A DNA stretch of 64,000 bases from Felis catus (Eukaryota): positions 25,856,001 to 25,920,000 of the forward strand of contig NC_058368.1 of assembly GCF_018350175.1 (NCBI RefSeq), read 5' to 3'. A program made the position numbers and the translations under genes. This document shows positions 12,897 through 25,649 of the stretch, piece after piece (within the stretch, counting starts at the first letter, position 1; every line of letters starts with the position of its first letter). The notes below the pieces were generated by a model. It was not told the origin of the DNA and did not search any database. It was given only the letters and a program-made list of their open reading frames with translations.

Positions 12897-13115
12897 TTAT
12901 AAAAACATACTGCCTTTGCCGTGTGAAAATCTGGTGTTTAGTTCTCTAGATTTCTTTATCAGGGCTTTTTTCTGAGCTTCATCAAACTGATTAACTTTGA
13001 GATCCTTATCACGATCAAATGGTATTCGTTCTTGGGGCTTATTTTTCTCTTCAGCAGCCTTAGTCTTTAATTTCTTATGATGAATGTCCATAAGAGATTC
13101 TGATCTTTTTGATTC
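12897..13115 (-). CDS. GPALPP1: GPALPP1 terminal coding exon 8 (219 nt incl. TAA)
   Basis: Acceptor ctctccccag|GAA; ESKRSESLMDIHHKKLKTKAAEEKNKPQERIPFDRDKDL...FSHGKGSMFL*; SLM..H and FDRDKD motifs of the conserved C-terminal domain. Confidence 0.96.
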   Translation of the reverse strand, partial: ESKRSESLMDIHHKKLKTKAAEEKNKPQERIPFDRDKDLKVNQFDEAQKKALIKKSRELNTRFSHGKGSMFL

Positions 13116-15929
13116 CTGGGGAGAGCAAGAGAGTAGAAGTGAAAATCTTTGTTGGTATAGACTACGGACAGAATACGATCATGAACAGAATGATTATGAC
13201 GAACACTAGAGAGGGCTTTTTACAAACCCTAACAATTTTTGCCAAAACCAAGACAGCATCTATGAAGCACATACGTAGCAGGGGCAAATTCAATCAGCCA
13301 AAATGAAGGTATCTACTAACTACCGCCACACACACTCACAAGCAAGACAGAGGGGGAACACATGCTTAAATAACCATAATGAGAAGCATCCTGCGATGTG
13401 CCACAAAGTCCAAACCAAGAACACGGCTGAGAGAGGAAGAGCAAGTCCATCGCTGCCTAGGAGCCTGGTTAGAGTTTCACGGATGCGTGGGTCTGTGAAA
13501 CCCGAACGAGCGGACGGGAATAGGAAGGGCCCTGCCAGGCTGAAGCGAGAACAAGGGCAAACCGGAAAAGTAATGGCACGGAAGCGATCAAATTCAAGGC
13601 CTGTTCAGGTTATACAGTGGCATATTCCATACACTAAGAGAGTTCTGTTCCTTTCAGTTTTGTTCTTTCTCCGACATCCCTTATTTTCTTTCTTCTTAGC
13701 TGGGACAGGTGCTCACATTTTCAAATATATCTAGTAGGATGAGGTCTGGGCAAAGGCAACTGGCTTCATCAGTTAGAGATTCATTGTAGACTTCTCAGTA
13801 TTGACTGGAGTACAAGACAGAAGGGCCCTAGACTGAAGAAGCAGGGAGTGGAAAGCAGCAGCAGAGGTAGGCAGTGTAGACCGGCAGCTTGCAAAGTGGG
13901 GCACGGGGCATATGCGGGCCCGGGGACTACAGAGAGTGGATTACACATGGTGGGAAGGTATGGCTAATTTTAAGATTATCCACCCACAACTCTCAACTTC
14001 TTCATGTAACCTCACTTCAAATTGATTTGGTTGATGATGCATCTTTTTCTCTCTCTAAAAAAATTTTTTTTTAACGTTTATTCATTTTTGAGAGAGAGAG
14101 ACAGAGCACAAGTGGGGGAGCAGCAGAGAGAGAGTGGGAGACACAGAATCCGAAGCAGGCTCCTGGTTCTGAGCTGTCAGCACAGAGCCTAATGCAGGGC
14201 TCGAACTCACTGATTGAGTGGTCGTGACCTGAGCTGAAGTCAGATGCCCAACGGACCGAGCCCCCCAGGCACCCCTCTTTTTATCTTGATCTCTCCCCTT
14301 TTATTATAGCCCTCTGCCATTTAACAAGGGAGAGGCCTCTCAGAATCTCCCTGTAAGAATACTGCCTAGGAGAGCAAGTCTCCATGGTTTCAAACAAAAA
14401 ATGTGAAATACGAGGGAACTTCCTCTGACTGAGGAACTGTAAGCCCAGGAGGGCTCTGTGTTCTGTGTCTGAAACAAATTTCTCTTAAGTGTGTGGTGTC
14501 CCTCGGAAATTGATGTTTTGCTTTTTGTTGGAATGATCTGTGTGCAGACACTGAATAGACGGGCAATGGAAGAAAGGGCAAGTTTCGCTTAGCAACCACA
14601 TCTCTTCCAGGCCCTACCTTGTTAAAAAATGTGAGAGCAAAGAAGTAAAAAGAGCTCTGTGAAAGCAACAGAAAAAGGTGTTGGTAAGAAACGTTAAAAA
14701 TGGTAGCATCTTATTTCATCCAGGAGACAAACTCATGATATCTATCTACTTTAGAACTCAGAAGTGCCACTGGAATTATCAGGGACACATCTATTTGAAT
14801 GGAAAAATGAAGTGAGAGTTTCTGATAGAAAGTAAGTCTTACTTGGCTGATTTGACAAACCAGAACTGAGTTTGTCAATTAGGTTATATGGTAGTTACTC
14901 CCTATCAATTGAATAAGCTCAATCTGGAGCTGCAGGTTTTACCAGAATGTACAAAAGATGTTATGTTAGTTGAGTATTTATTTGAATTACCACTATTTCC
15001 ATCTTCTCAATCCCTCTCACTCATTTCATAAATCTTGGTCAAATCTTTTAGAAAAAAATAGATATGCAAGTCAAATGCTTTCTAATTCTTTATTTTCAGG
15101 AAAATTGAAGGAAATTTAAAACATTCATTAGTTATTGCTAAGAAAAAATAAGCTCTCAATACATATTGTGTGGAGAAATAGGAACTTAAGTTCTGGATTC
15201 AGAAAAATCTGGGTTGCAATGGTGGTCCTGCTAGTTTCAACACTGGTAACCTTGGTGAAACAATTTGAACTTCATTTTATCAGCTGTAAAATGGTAGTAA
15301 TTATTTTCAAATATTTGGGTGGGGAGGAGTTAAATGACGTAATTAAAAAGGATTTAGTAGTGTCAGGTATATAAGAATCACTCATAAATGCCATGTGTCA
15401 GATTTACTGATCATTTACTATAATGTAATCTTCACATTACCTCCGCAAACTAAAAGTTATTCTCATTATATAGATCCAGAAAGAAAAATTAAGAAAATAA
15501 AGTAACTGGACCAGTGTGAAAAATACTGAAGGAGGTCCTAATGAGTTGACAGTTGAGAGATCATTAATAATTTCTGTTAACAGATCTCTATGAGGTTTAA
15601 GTAAATAACTCAGAAATTGTTTAAAGAATTGAATGGAGGGGCACCTGAGTGGCTCAGTCAGTTAAGCGTCTGACTTCAGCTCAGGTCATGATCTCACAGT
15701 TTGTGAGTTCGAGCCCCACGTCAGGCTCTGTGCTGACAGCTTGGAGCCTGGAGCCTGCTTCAGATTCTAGGTCTCCTCCTCTCTCTGCCCCTCCCCTGCT
15801 CATGCTCTGTGTCTCTCTGTCTCTCAACAATAAATAAATGTTAAAAATTAAAAAAAAAAAAAAAAGAATTGAATGGATCGCTATAATGAACTGCATTGCA
15901 TTCTCATCCACTTCTTTATGTAAACATGA

Positions 15930-15992
15930 TTCCTTCCTTCCTTCCTTCCTTCCTTCCTTCCTTCCTTCCTTCCTTCCTTCCTTCCTTCCTTC
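15930..15992. repeat. (TCCT)n tetranucleotide repeat, about 15 units
   Basis: tccttccttcc... run. Confidence 0.97.
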
Positions 15993-16235
15993 ATTAAACT
16001 ACAAACTGAAAACATTACATGAATACATGAAAAAATCCTACAAAAAGCCTATAAAAAGGATTTTATATAACTATACATTATACAACAGAATGGAATATTT
16101 CTAAGGGCAGATGTACAGAAAAACACTGAGGTAAAAAGGAAGACATATAAAAGAATGAGAAACAAGAAAGAAAATATAAGAAGAGCATTGAAGGATACAA
16201 AAAAAGAAAAGCTTATATATTTTATTCTTACTCAC

Positions 16236-16334
16236 ATTGTATGAGGACACCTGCTCAGCCAATCTCTTTTCCCTTCCTGACAATATATGTTCTTCATCCT
16301 TCTTATTGAATGACTTCCTTGCTTCTTGTGTTTC
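16236..16334 (-). CDS. GPALPP1: GPALPP1 coding exon 7 (99 nt)
   Basis: Acceptor ttcgtcag|GAA; ETQEARKSFNKKDEEHILSGREKRLAEQVSSYN; donor AAT|GTGAGT. Confidence 0.95.
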
Positions 16335-16849
16335 CTGACGAATGAACACAGGTTAACACATTACTGAACCATATAGTTAAGTAAAAAAAAAACAAAACAA
16401 AACAAAACAGAAATACTATTATTTTTACTCAGATTGACTAAATAAGAGACTAGAGTAAGTTTGTTGAATCTTTTCCACGAGGAATATGAATAGAGTTGGT
16501 AAGGGATCAGTTCATGTTCTACTCAGTGATTTTCTTGAAAACAAGAAGAAAACCTATTCAGATCAATAGAAAAACCTATTTACTTAGTTGTGTGTGTCAA
16601 ATTCACAAAGGAGTTTGACAAATAATGATGAATTGTAGGAGAGGAAATTAGGCTTTAAAAGAAATCTGAGAGGGGCACCTGGCTGGCTCAGTGGGTAGAG
16701 CATGTGACTTTTTGAGCTCAGGGTTGTAAGTCTGAGCCCCACCTTGGATATACAGATTACTTAAAAATAAAGCCTTAAAAAAATAGAAAAGAAATCTTAC
16801 ATTATCTGTTTTTAAAAGTAGTAATATCATGCTTGAGGGAAAAAAATAA

Positions 16850-17110
16850 ATAAAAAGAAAAGGTTTACAGTTTGGAAAAGAAATAATAAAAGTATCTTTA
16901 TTCACAGATGACATGACTATTTATGTAGAAAACTCCAAAGCATCCATGAAAATACTCCTGGAACTAATAAGAAAGTACACTAGATCAAAGCTGCAGGATA
17001 CAAGGTCAATATACAAAATATACCAACAACGAACAACTGGAATTCGAACTTAAAAAAAAAATTAACAATAGTGTATACACAAGATGAAGTACTTAGATAG
17101 ATTTCCAACA
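16850..17110 (+). mobile_element. Older L1 ORF2 fragment
   Basis: FTDDM-type RT motif at 16901..16915 followed by YVENSK...LLELI and GYKVNIQ-like sequence. Confidence 0.75.
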
Positions 17111-17821
17111 AATTTTAATTAGAAAAAAAAATTCTAGAGAATACAGTCCAAACCAGGGATGAGAAAAGCCCACATAAAAACAACTTAAAAGCACTGTTCT
17201 CAAAGCATATTTTAATATTGTTATCTGCTTAAAAAAAACAAAAAGGTCATCTATAATGTTTATCTTAATAATATACAAAACAGGGGCTCCTAGCGGGCTC
17301 AGTTGGTAGAACACATGACTCTTGATCTTAGGGTTTGAGTTCAAGCCCCACATTGGGTGTGGAGCCTACTTAAAACACATGTACAAAACAACACTGCATT
17401 TGCTAAAGTATGTTAAAAACATAGGCATAGCTCAGTTCTTATTTTCTCATAAAAATTTTCCTAGAAAACATGCTTTCGTTTATTAATATTAAGGGGAAAA
17501 TGATATTATGGTAAAATGGTGATAAAAACCTGACCATTTAATATTTAAGAGTTAACAGATCTAATTAAGACTGGGAGGTAAGGTAATAATAGATGTCAGC
17601 GAATTTTATTTATTTATTTATTTTAAAACAATGTTTATTTACTTTGAGAGAAAAAGTGTCCGAGCGGGGAAGGGACAGTGAGAGAGGGAGAGAGAGAATT
17701 CCAAATGGATTGTGCTGTCAGGAAGGAGCCCAACATGGGGCTTAATCTCACAAACCATGAGATCATGACCTGAACTGAAATCAAGAGGCAGAGGCTTAAC
17801 TGAGCCACCCAGGTTAGCCAC

Positions 17822-20800
17822 CCTCTACCTAACATTTAAAGAAGAATTAATACCTATTCTCAAACTATTCCAAAAAACAGAAAAGAAAACTTCCAAATTC
17901 ATTCCATGAAGCCAACATTACCCTGATACCAAAACCAAATAAAGACACCACTAAAAAAGAGAACTATAAGCCAATATCCCTGATGAACATAGATGTAAAG
18001 ATTCTCAATAAAATACTAGCAAACTGAATCCAACAATACATGAGAAAAATCATTCACTATGATCAAGTGAGATTTATTCCTGGGTTGCAAAGGTGGCTCA
18101 GTATTTGCAAATCAATCAGGGTGAGACATCACATTAATAAAAGAAAGGGTAAGAACCATACGATCATTTCAATAGATGCAGAAAAAGCATCTGAGAAAGT
18201 ACAACATCCGTTCGTGATAAAAATCCTCAAGAAAGTAGGTTTAGAGGGAACATAACCTCAACATAATAAAGGCCATCTATGAAAAACCCACAGCTAAGAT
18301 CACCCTAAATGGGGAAAACAGAGATTTTCCTCTACCGTCAGGAGTAAGACAGGGTTGTCCACTCTCACCACTGTTGTTCAACAACACAGTACTGGAAGTC
18401 CTAGCCACAGTAATCAGACAGCAAAAAGAAGTAAAAGGTATCCAAATCGGCAAGGAAGAAGTGAAATTTTCACTCTTTGCAGATGACATGATATTCTACA
18501 TAGAAAACCCAAAAGACTCCACCAAAAAACTGAACTGATAAATGAATTTAGTAAAGTCGCATAGTATAAGATCAATGTGTAGAAATCTGTTGCATTTGTA
18601 TACACCAATAATGAAGCAAGAAAAAGAGGAATTAAGGAATTAATCCCATGTACAACTGCAGCCAAAAAAGTAAGATACCTAGGAATAAACCTAACCAAAG
18701 AGGTGAAAAACTTGTGCTCTGAAAACTATAGAACACTGATGAAAAAAATTCAAGATGACACAAAGAAATGGAAAGACATTCCAGGCTCCTAGATTGGAAG
18801 AACAAATATTACTACTCAAAGTAATCTACACATTTAATGCAATCCCTATCACAATACCAACAGCATTTTTCATGGAGCTCGAACAAACATTCCTAAAATT
18901 TGTACGGAACCACAGAAGACTCCGAAGAGCCAGAGCAACCTTGAAACAAAAACAAAAACAAAAACAAAAACAAAAACAAAGTTGGAGGCATCACAACTCC
19001 AGACTTCAAGTTATACTACAAAGCTGTAGTAATCAAAACAGTATGGTACTGGCACAAACATAGACACCTCGATCAATGGAACAGAACAGAAATCACAGAA
19101 ATGAACCCACAAATATATGGTCAATTAATCTTCGACAAAGCAGGAAAGAATATCCAAAGGGAAAAGGAATGTCTCTTTAACAAATGGTGCTGAGAAAACT
19201 GGATAGCCACATGAAATAGAATTAGCCTGAACCACTGTCTTACGCCAAACACAAACATAAATCCAAAATGGATTAAAGACCTAAATGGGAGACCTGAAGC
19301 CATAAAAATCCTAGAAGAGGGGTGCCTGGGTGGCTCAGCCGGTTCAGCGTCCAATTCTTGATTTTGTCTCAGGTCAAGATCCTAAGGGTCATGGGATTGA
19401 GCCTCACGTCAGGCTCTATGCTGAGCATGGAGCCTACTTAAGATTCTCTCTCTTTCTTTGCCCCATTTCCTTGCTCTCATGCTCTCTCTAAAAATAAATA
19501 AATGAAATGAAATGAAATGAAAATAAAATAAAATAAAATAAAATAAAATAAAATAAAATAAAATAAAATACTCTAGAAGAGAACACAAGCAGTAACTTCT
19601 TAGACACTGGCCTTAGCAACTTCTTCTAGATATGTTGCAAGGGAAACAAAATAAAAAATAAACTACCGGAACAACATCAAAATAAAAAGCTTCTGCACAG
19701 CGAAGGAAACAATCAACAAAACTAAAAGGCAACCTATGGAATGGGAGAAGATATTTGAAAATGGCATATTGGATAAAGAGTTAGTATCCAAAACCTATAA
19801 AGAAATTATCAAACGCAACCCCCCAAAACTAAATAATCCAATTAAAAAATGGGCAGAAGACATACAGATGGCTGGCCAACAGATACATGAAAACATGCTC
19901 ACCATCACTTATCATCAGGGAAATACAAATCAAATCCACGTGATATTCCACACCTATCAGAATGGCTAAAATCAACAACACACGAGACAACAAATGTTGG
20001 TGAGGATGTGGAGAAAGGGGAACTTTCTTACACCATTGGTGGCCCATTGGTGGGAATGCAAACTGGTGCAGCCACTGTGGAAAACAGTATGAAGGTTCCC
20101 CAGAAAGGTAAAAATAGAACTACCCTATAATCTGGCAATCGCACTAGGTATTTATCCAAAGAATACAAAAATAATAATTTGAAGGGATACATGCACCCTG
20201 ATGTTTATAGGAGCCAAACTATGGAAACAGTCCAAGTGTCCATCAATTGATGAATGGATAAAGAAGATGTGGTATATATATAAATGGAATATTGCCCAGC
20301 CATAAAAAAAGAATGAAATCTTACCATTTGCAACAACATGGATGGAGCTAGAGAGTATTATGCTGAGCGAAATAGGTCTGTGAAAGACAAACACCATTAT
20401 GATTTCACTCATAATGCAATTTTTTTTTAATGTTTATTCATTTTTGAGACAGAGAGAGACAGAGCATGAACAGGGGAGGGGCAGAGAGAGAGGGAGACAC
20501 AGAATCAGAAGCAGGCTCCAGGCTCCGAGCCATCAGCCCAGAGCCTGACACGGGGCTTGAACTCACGGACCACGAGATCGTGACCTGAGCTGAAGTCGGA
20601 TGCCTAACCGACTGAGCCACCCAGGCGCCCCACTCATAATGTAAGAAATAAATGAGCAAATGAAGAAAAAAAAAAAAAAAAAAGAGAGGCAAACCAAGAA
20701 ACAGACTTTTAGAGAACTGATGTTACCAGAAGGGAAGTGGGTGTTGGGATGGGTTAAATAGGTGATGGGGATTAAGGAGGGCACTTGTGAGCACCAGGCA

Positions 20801-20880
20801 TTGTATGGAAGTGTTGAATCACTATATTGTATACACTGTATGGTTAACTAACTAGAATTTAAATAAAAGCTTAAAAAAAA
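17822..20880 (+). mobile_element. 5'-truncated, decayed carnivore LINE-1 (ORF2 RT to 3'UTR/poly-A), antisense in GPALPP1 intron 6, interrupted by two SINEs
   Basis: RT motifs [13 protein letters not shown] (from 18341) and FADDM (18476..18490); ORF2-like fragments in ORF track (18040.., 18755.., 19736..); frameshifts and stops; AATAAA 20862..20867 then A-run. Confidence 0.93.
19319..20631. mobile_element. Two CAN-SINEs inserted into the L1 (19319..19570 +, 20420..20631 -)
   Basis: TSDs ctagaagag and cactcataatg; L1 sequence resumes collinearly after each. Confidence 0.92.
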
Positions 20881-21065
20881 GATGGCATCATAAGAAACAA
20901 AAATGGAAAGATGGAGAAAGTCTGTCAAAAAGGAAATTTAGCTAAGATCTGTGACAAAAATTAGTCACAAACTTTACACAGAATGAAATACACAAGAAAA
21001 TGAATGGCTCTCCGATACTGTATAGTTTATACCATAAATATGAGTCTGTGGTACTATACGCTACT

Positions 21066-21088
21066 TTTTAAAGTTTTTATTTATTTAT

Positions 21089-21123
<35 letters not shown>

Positions 21124-22793
21124 GAACAAGCCTTCGACAGAGAAGGAAAGAAACAATCCCAAGCAGGCTCCGCACTGTCAGTGCAGAGCCCGATGTGGGG
21201 CCTGAACTCACAAACCATGAGATCATGACCTGAGCCAAAATTAAGAGTCGGATTCTTAACCAACTGAGCCACCCAGGCGCCTCTGTGGTACTATATGCTA
21301 AATATAGTATCCCATAAAATTTAAGGAGTATTAATAATCCCTTTATGAATTTGCTGTAGAACTGAACAAAACACTTTCAAGTACTGAAAAGAAAAAGATC
21401 TGAAGAACTTAATCACAGGTCCTAAAATCACTGGGTTGTCTAATTTCCATTTGCTCCATTTTTCTCATATTTTCCGCGGAAGAAGAGTCCCTCCATATCT
21501 GGCTGTAGGCTAGACATCTATTTACCTATAGTGAGGAACAGAAGGAGAGAGAAAAGCACAACTAACATAGACACGAATAAATTCACGCAAACAAGGGAAT
21601 GTCTTTTCTGGAGACAATCTTAAAGGCTAAATTACAAAAATGCCAATATATTATTTTTATAAAACACCAGTTAAGAAAGAGTAGACAGGCACCGCAACAC
21701 TAGTCATTCAAAGCATGCGGCTTACTTCCACACCACCTCTTTTTAAAAAAAAAAAATTTAAAAAAAAAAAAATTTTTTTTTTTTACGTTTTATTTATTTT
21801 TGAGACAGAGAGAGACAGAACATGAACGAGGGAGGGGCAGAGAGAGAGGGAGACACAGAATCGGAAGCAGGCTCCAGGTTCTGAGACATCATCCCAGAGC
21901 CCGACGCGGGGCTCGAACTCACGGACCGCGAGATCGTGACCTGAGCCGAAGTCGGCTGCCCAACTGACTGAGCCACCCAGGCGCCCCATAAAAAAAAAAA
22001 AAATTTTTTTTAAGGTTGATTCATTTTTTAGAGGCAGAGACGAGCACAAGTGGGGGAGGGGCAAAGATAGGGAGAGACAGAATCCGAAGCATGCTCCAGG
22101 CTCTGAGCTGTCAGCACAGAGCCCAATGCGGGGCTCGAACCCACGAACTGTGAGATCACGACCTGAGCTGAAGTCGGATGCTCAACCAGCTGAGCCACCC
22201 AGGTGCCCCCACACCACCTTTTCTGTTGCTTCTTCTGCCTCAGGTGTGTTGGTTCACCTCAACTTTCTATTACAACTCTTAGATGTCCCTTAATCTTCTG
22301 GACCAAAGAGAATTTACAATTTTGCCACATGTGCAAGGTAGGGTGCTAAAATCTGGAGACATTACATCCACATTTTAAGAATAACACGGGGGGCGCCTGG
22401 GTGGCTCAGTCGGTTAGGCATTCGACTTCAGCTCAGGTCATGATCTCACAGTTTGTAGGTCTGAACCCTACATCGGGCTCTGTGCTGACAGCTCAGAGCC
22501 TGGAGCCTGCTTCGAATTCTGTGTCTCTCTCTCTGGGCCTTCCCTGCACATGCTCTGTCCCTCTCTCTCTCTCAAAAATAAATAAACATTAAAAAAAAAA
22601 AAAAGGGTAACATGGGGTATTTTATAACCAATTCTCCACTAAAATGAAAACTCCATAAGAAGCTTTTCCAGGGCACCAGGGTGGTTCAGTTAGTTAGGTG
22701 TCTGACTCTTGATTTCGGCTCAGGTCATGATCTCATGGTTTTTAAGATCGAGCCTGCATAGGGCTCTGGGTGCCAGCCTGGATCCTATTTGGG

Positions 22794-22839
<46 letters not shown>

Positions 22840-23446
22840 TCTGCTCCTTCCCTACTTGTGTGCACATGTGTTCTCTCATTCTCTCTCTCTCTCAAAATAA
22901 ATAAGCTTGAGAAAAAAAACAAAGCTTTTCCATTTTGCTATTACCTACAACCAAACTGAATGCCTGGCAGAGAAGGTATTCAATTTATAGTTACAGAATG
23001 AAAAGAGAAGGTCTCATAATTCTTGGTACTGATGGAGAAGATAAACAGAGTAGAGGAATGAATGAAGTGTGGAACTATGGAAGTCAAAACTGGAAAGCTG
23101 TAGCCTTCGGGTGCCAATTACTCAAGCATTCAAATTTGAATTAAAGGGAGTAAAAACCTTCGGATGGGGTAAATTTAAGAAGTAGTGCTGGGGGTATTTC
23201 TAATTTACAATGGTTCAATTCCTTTTTTTAATTTTTTTTTTTTAACGTTTATTTATTTTTGAGACAGAGAGAGACAGAGCATGAACAGGGGAGGGTCAGA
23301 GAGAGAGGAAGACACAGAATCTGAAACAGGCTCCAGGCTCTGAGCTGTCAGCACAGAGCTTGACGCGGGGCTCGAACTCACGAACCACGAGATCATGACC
23401 TGAGCCGAAGTTGGACGCTTAACCGACTGAGCCACCCAGGTGCCCC
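21066..23446. mobile_element. Cluster of six CAN-SINEs in GPALPP1 intron 6 (21066 -, 21760 -, 21990 -, 22388 +, 22670 +, 23222 -)
   Basis: TSDs tctgtggtactata, cacaccacct, ggttcaattcct visible. Confidence 0.9.
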
Positions 23447-23564
23447 ACAGCGGTTCAATTCCTAATTTATAATGGAAGATTTTGTAAAAAGCAGAGTCAA
23501 TAATGCATTCTATCCAAACTTCTTTTCTTTTTTAGCAAATTATTTAACGCACTAATGAAAGCGT

Positions 23565-23950
23565 TTCTTTTTTTAAAAACTGAGGTATAACTGATGAAAC
23601 ATTTTATTAGTTTCAGGTGTACAACATGATTCAGTATTTGTTATATATTGTAAAATAATCAAAATAAGTCAACATCCATCACCATATACAGCTACCAACA
23701 TTTATTCCATTTGTGATGAGGACTTTCAAGATCCACTCTCCTAGCTAATTTCAAATACGCGATACAGTATTACTAAGTATAGTTACCATGCTGTACATAT
23801 GTCCCCATGAGTTTTATTTACTTCCTCCATTTTGCCTCCCCCTACCTCCAGGCAACCACCAGTCTATTCTCTATATCCATGACTTTTTTTTTTTTTTCTG
23901 GTTTGTTTTTTTAGATTCTGCACAGAAGGGAGATCATATAGTATTCAGCA
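23565..23950 (-). mobile_element. L1 3'UTR fragment
   Basis: ttagtttcaggtgtacaacatgattc...ggcaaccaccagtctattctc...ttagattc. Confidence 0.75.
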
Positions 23951-24448
23951 CTATCGATGAAAGCATTTCTTGCCTATTTTGACAGTAACACAAAACATAG
24001 TGCACCTGAAGTAAGGCCATTTTGTGGGAGAATCTCTATGTATCATTTAACCTAGGGGAACCCGTGGCTTTAGTTTCATGGAGACAGTATGATGGTGTAT
24101 AAGAACTAGAGAATTTAGAATTATAGAAAGGTCTAGAATAGAATTATTATTCATTACTAATCAGCCCTCTAATTCCAGAAAAGTGGACCTCATAAAAGTT
24201 AGTTTTTCCCTCTATAAAATGAAGTCAGTAAGTCCAGATCTCTGGGTTTTCTTGAGATTTAAATGAGATAATTCATTGGGAAATCGCAAGCAATTGGTGT
24301 CACTGTCCTTATTTTCTTTCAGGGAGAAATCTGTATTTTCCCTTTGGAATCATAATTTAAAAATAGTACCTTTAAATCATCATGCCTTCTATGTTTTCAA
24401 AATACAGCCAACATGGGCAGAAATACAAGCACAAACAAGCTCTCTCAC

Positions 24449-24613
24449 CTTAGCTCTCCTCTCCCTGTCAGCTGGGGTGTCTGTCCAGACCGATCGATCC
24501 CCAGATTTCTCATCGGCTCGTCTCTTAAAAGTTCTGGGCCCGAGACCAAAGTCTTTCATTTCTGGAGGAAGCTCAGTCATCCATGACTCTCTTGTAATTG
24601 GTTTGGATGAATT
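24449..24613 (-). CDS. GPALPP1: GPALPP1 coding exon 6 (165 nt)
   Basis: Acceptor cttaaag|AAT; NSSKPITRESWMTELPPEMKDFGLGPRTFKRRADEKSGDRSVWTDTPADRERRAK (conserved RESWM / WTDTP motifs); donor AAG|GTGAGA. Confidence 0.96.
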
Positions 24614-25058
24614 CTTTAAGAGAAGTAAAAAATCAAACAGTCAAAAAAAAAAAAAGTAGCCCAGAAAGTGTTTGTAAGATACTGTATAAGTGGTCATGTT
24701 TCTCAATTGAGGCTTTAAGAGAAAGAATTTAATATAAAGGATTATATTTTGTCATATATGTTACAATTACCTCATCCAATTTATTGTTCTTTTGACTTTG
24801 TTATCTTTTGCCACACAGAAATTTTTAAATAGGCAAATTTGCCAGTCTTTTCCTTTTACAGCTTCTAGATTACCTTGCTCCTAAGTTTTCTTTATATACA
24901 TATTGCATATATTTTATTTATATTATTAATTATATCATATTATTATTTGTTTATATTACTTATATACATAATGCATATTTTCTTTCATCTCGATTTTAAA
25001 ATTTAGATTTTTAATCCATTTAGCCAATTTCTCAGAGTATAGTATATTTAAAACTTAC

Positions 25059-25190
25059 ATCATCTCCTCTGGTCAGTTTTTCTTTCATTCTCTGGGCCCT
25101 TTTTTCAAACTCTGTCGTGACGCTGTAGTTAACTGGTCCTTTTGCAGGCATGGGTCCAACAATGTCCTCATCTTCACTGCTATCCGTTTC
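25059..25190 (-). CDS. GPALPP1: GPALPP1 coding exon 5 (132 nt)
   Basis: Acceptor tttcaaaag|GAA; ETDSSEDEDIVGPMPAKGPVNYSVTTEFEKRAQRMKEKLTRGDD; donor GAT|GTAAGT. Confidence 0.94.
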
Positions 25191-25649
25191 CTTTTGAAAT
25201 AAGACATTGCCTTTAAACCAGGAGCAGAGCCATAGGTTATAGAAAATGATCCTAAAATACTTAAAATTTCACTGCAACGGATTACTTAGAGACAATAAGA
25301 CAAAAACGCAAACAATGTATTGCTGGCTGATCACTGAGCAATGAGGACCTTTTCCTCGCCTAAAATCATTGTTGCACCATGTGCTAACTAACTTGGATGT
25401 AAATTATAAAAAAATAAATGAATTATAGAAAAAAATACTCTGATGGTATCAGTAGTGAAGGTGTTAAGAGTAACAACAATGACGAGAGCTATTATAAGTT
25501 GAAAATGTTCTGACTTAATCCTCACCAACAACCCTCTAAGACAAGGATAACAACCTGCATGATACTGACATGAAACTAAGCTCACCCAGGCGCCAATGGC
25601 TCTTGCCTTCTCTCTCCTGTTCTCTTCCCTCCAACCACACTGGACTTTT

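Larger units (their letters stand above)
14063..17812. mobile_element. CAN-SINEs around GPALPP1 exon 7 (14063..14275 -, 15638..15863 +, short 16672..16785 +, short 17283..17375 +, 17603..17812 -)
   Basis: Consensus heads; TSD aaagaattgaatgga on the 15638 copy. Confidence 0.88.

Noticed and set aside
13303..13734. 143-aa plus-strand ORF antisense in GPALPP1 intron 7
   Set aside because: No recognisable domain, splice structure or promoter; consistent with a chance ORF, though a homology search was not possible.
16672..16785. tRNA genes at the short tRNA-like elements (also 17283, 38909, 41370, 58714 and minus copies)
   Set aside because: Degenerate stems, a shared non-tRNA 3' extension (gagattacttaaaaataaa) and A tails mark them as short tRNA-derived SINEs.
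18040..20412. Active L1 reverse transcriptase gene
   Set aside because: 5'-truncated, frameshifted, with stops and SINE interruptions.
24276..24659. 127-aa plus-strand ORF
   Set aside because: Antisense shadow of GPALPP1 exon 6 with a non-ATG start.
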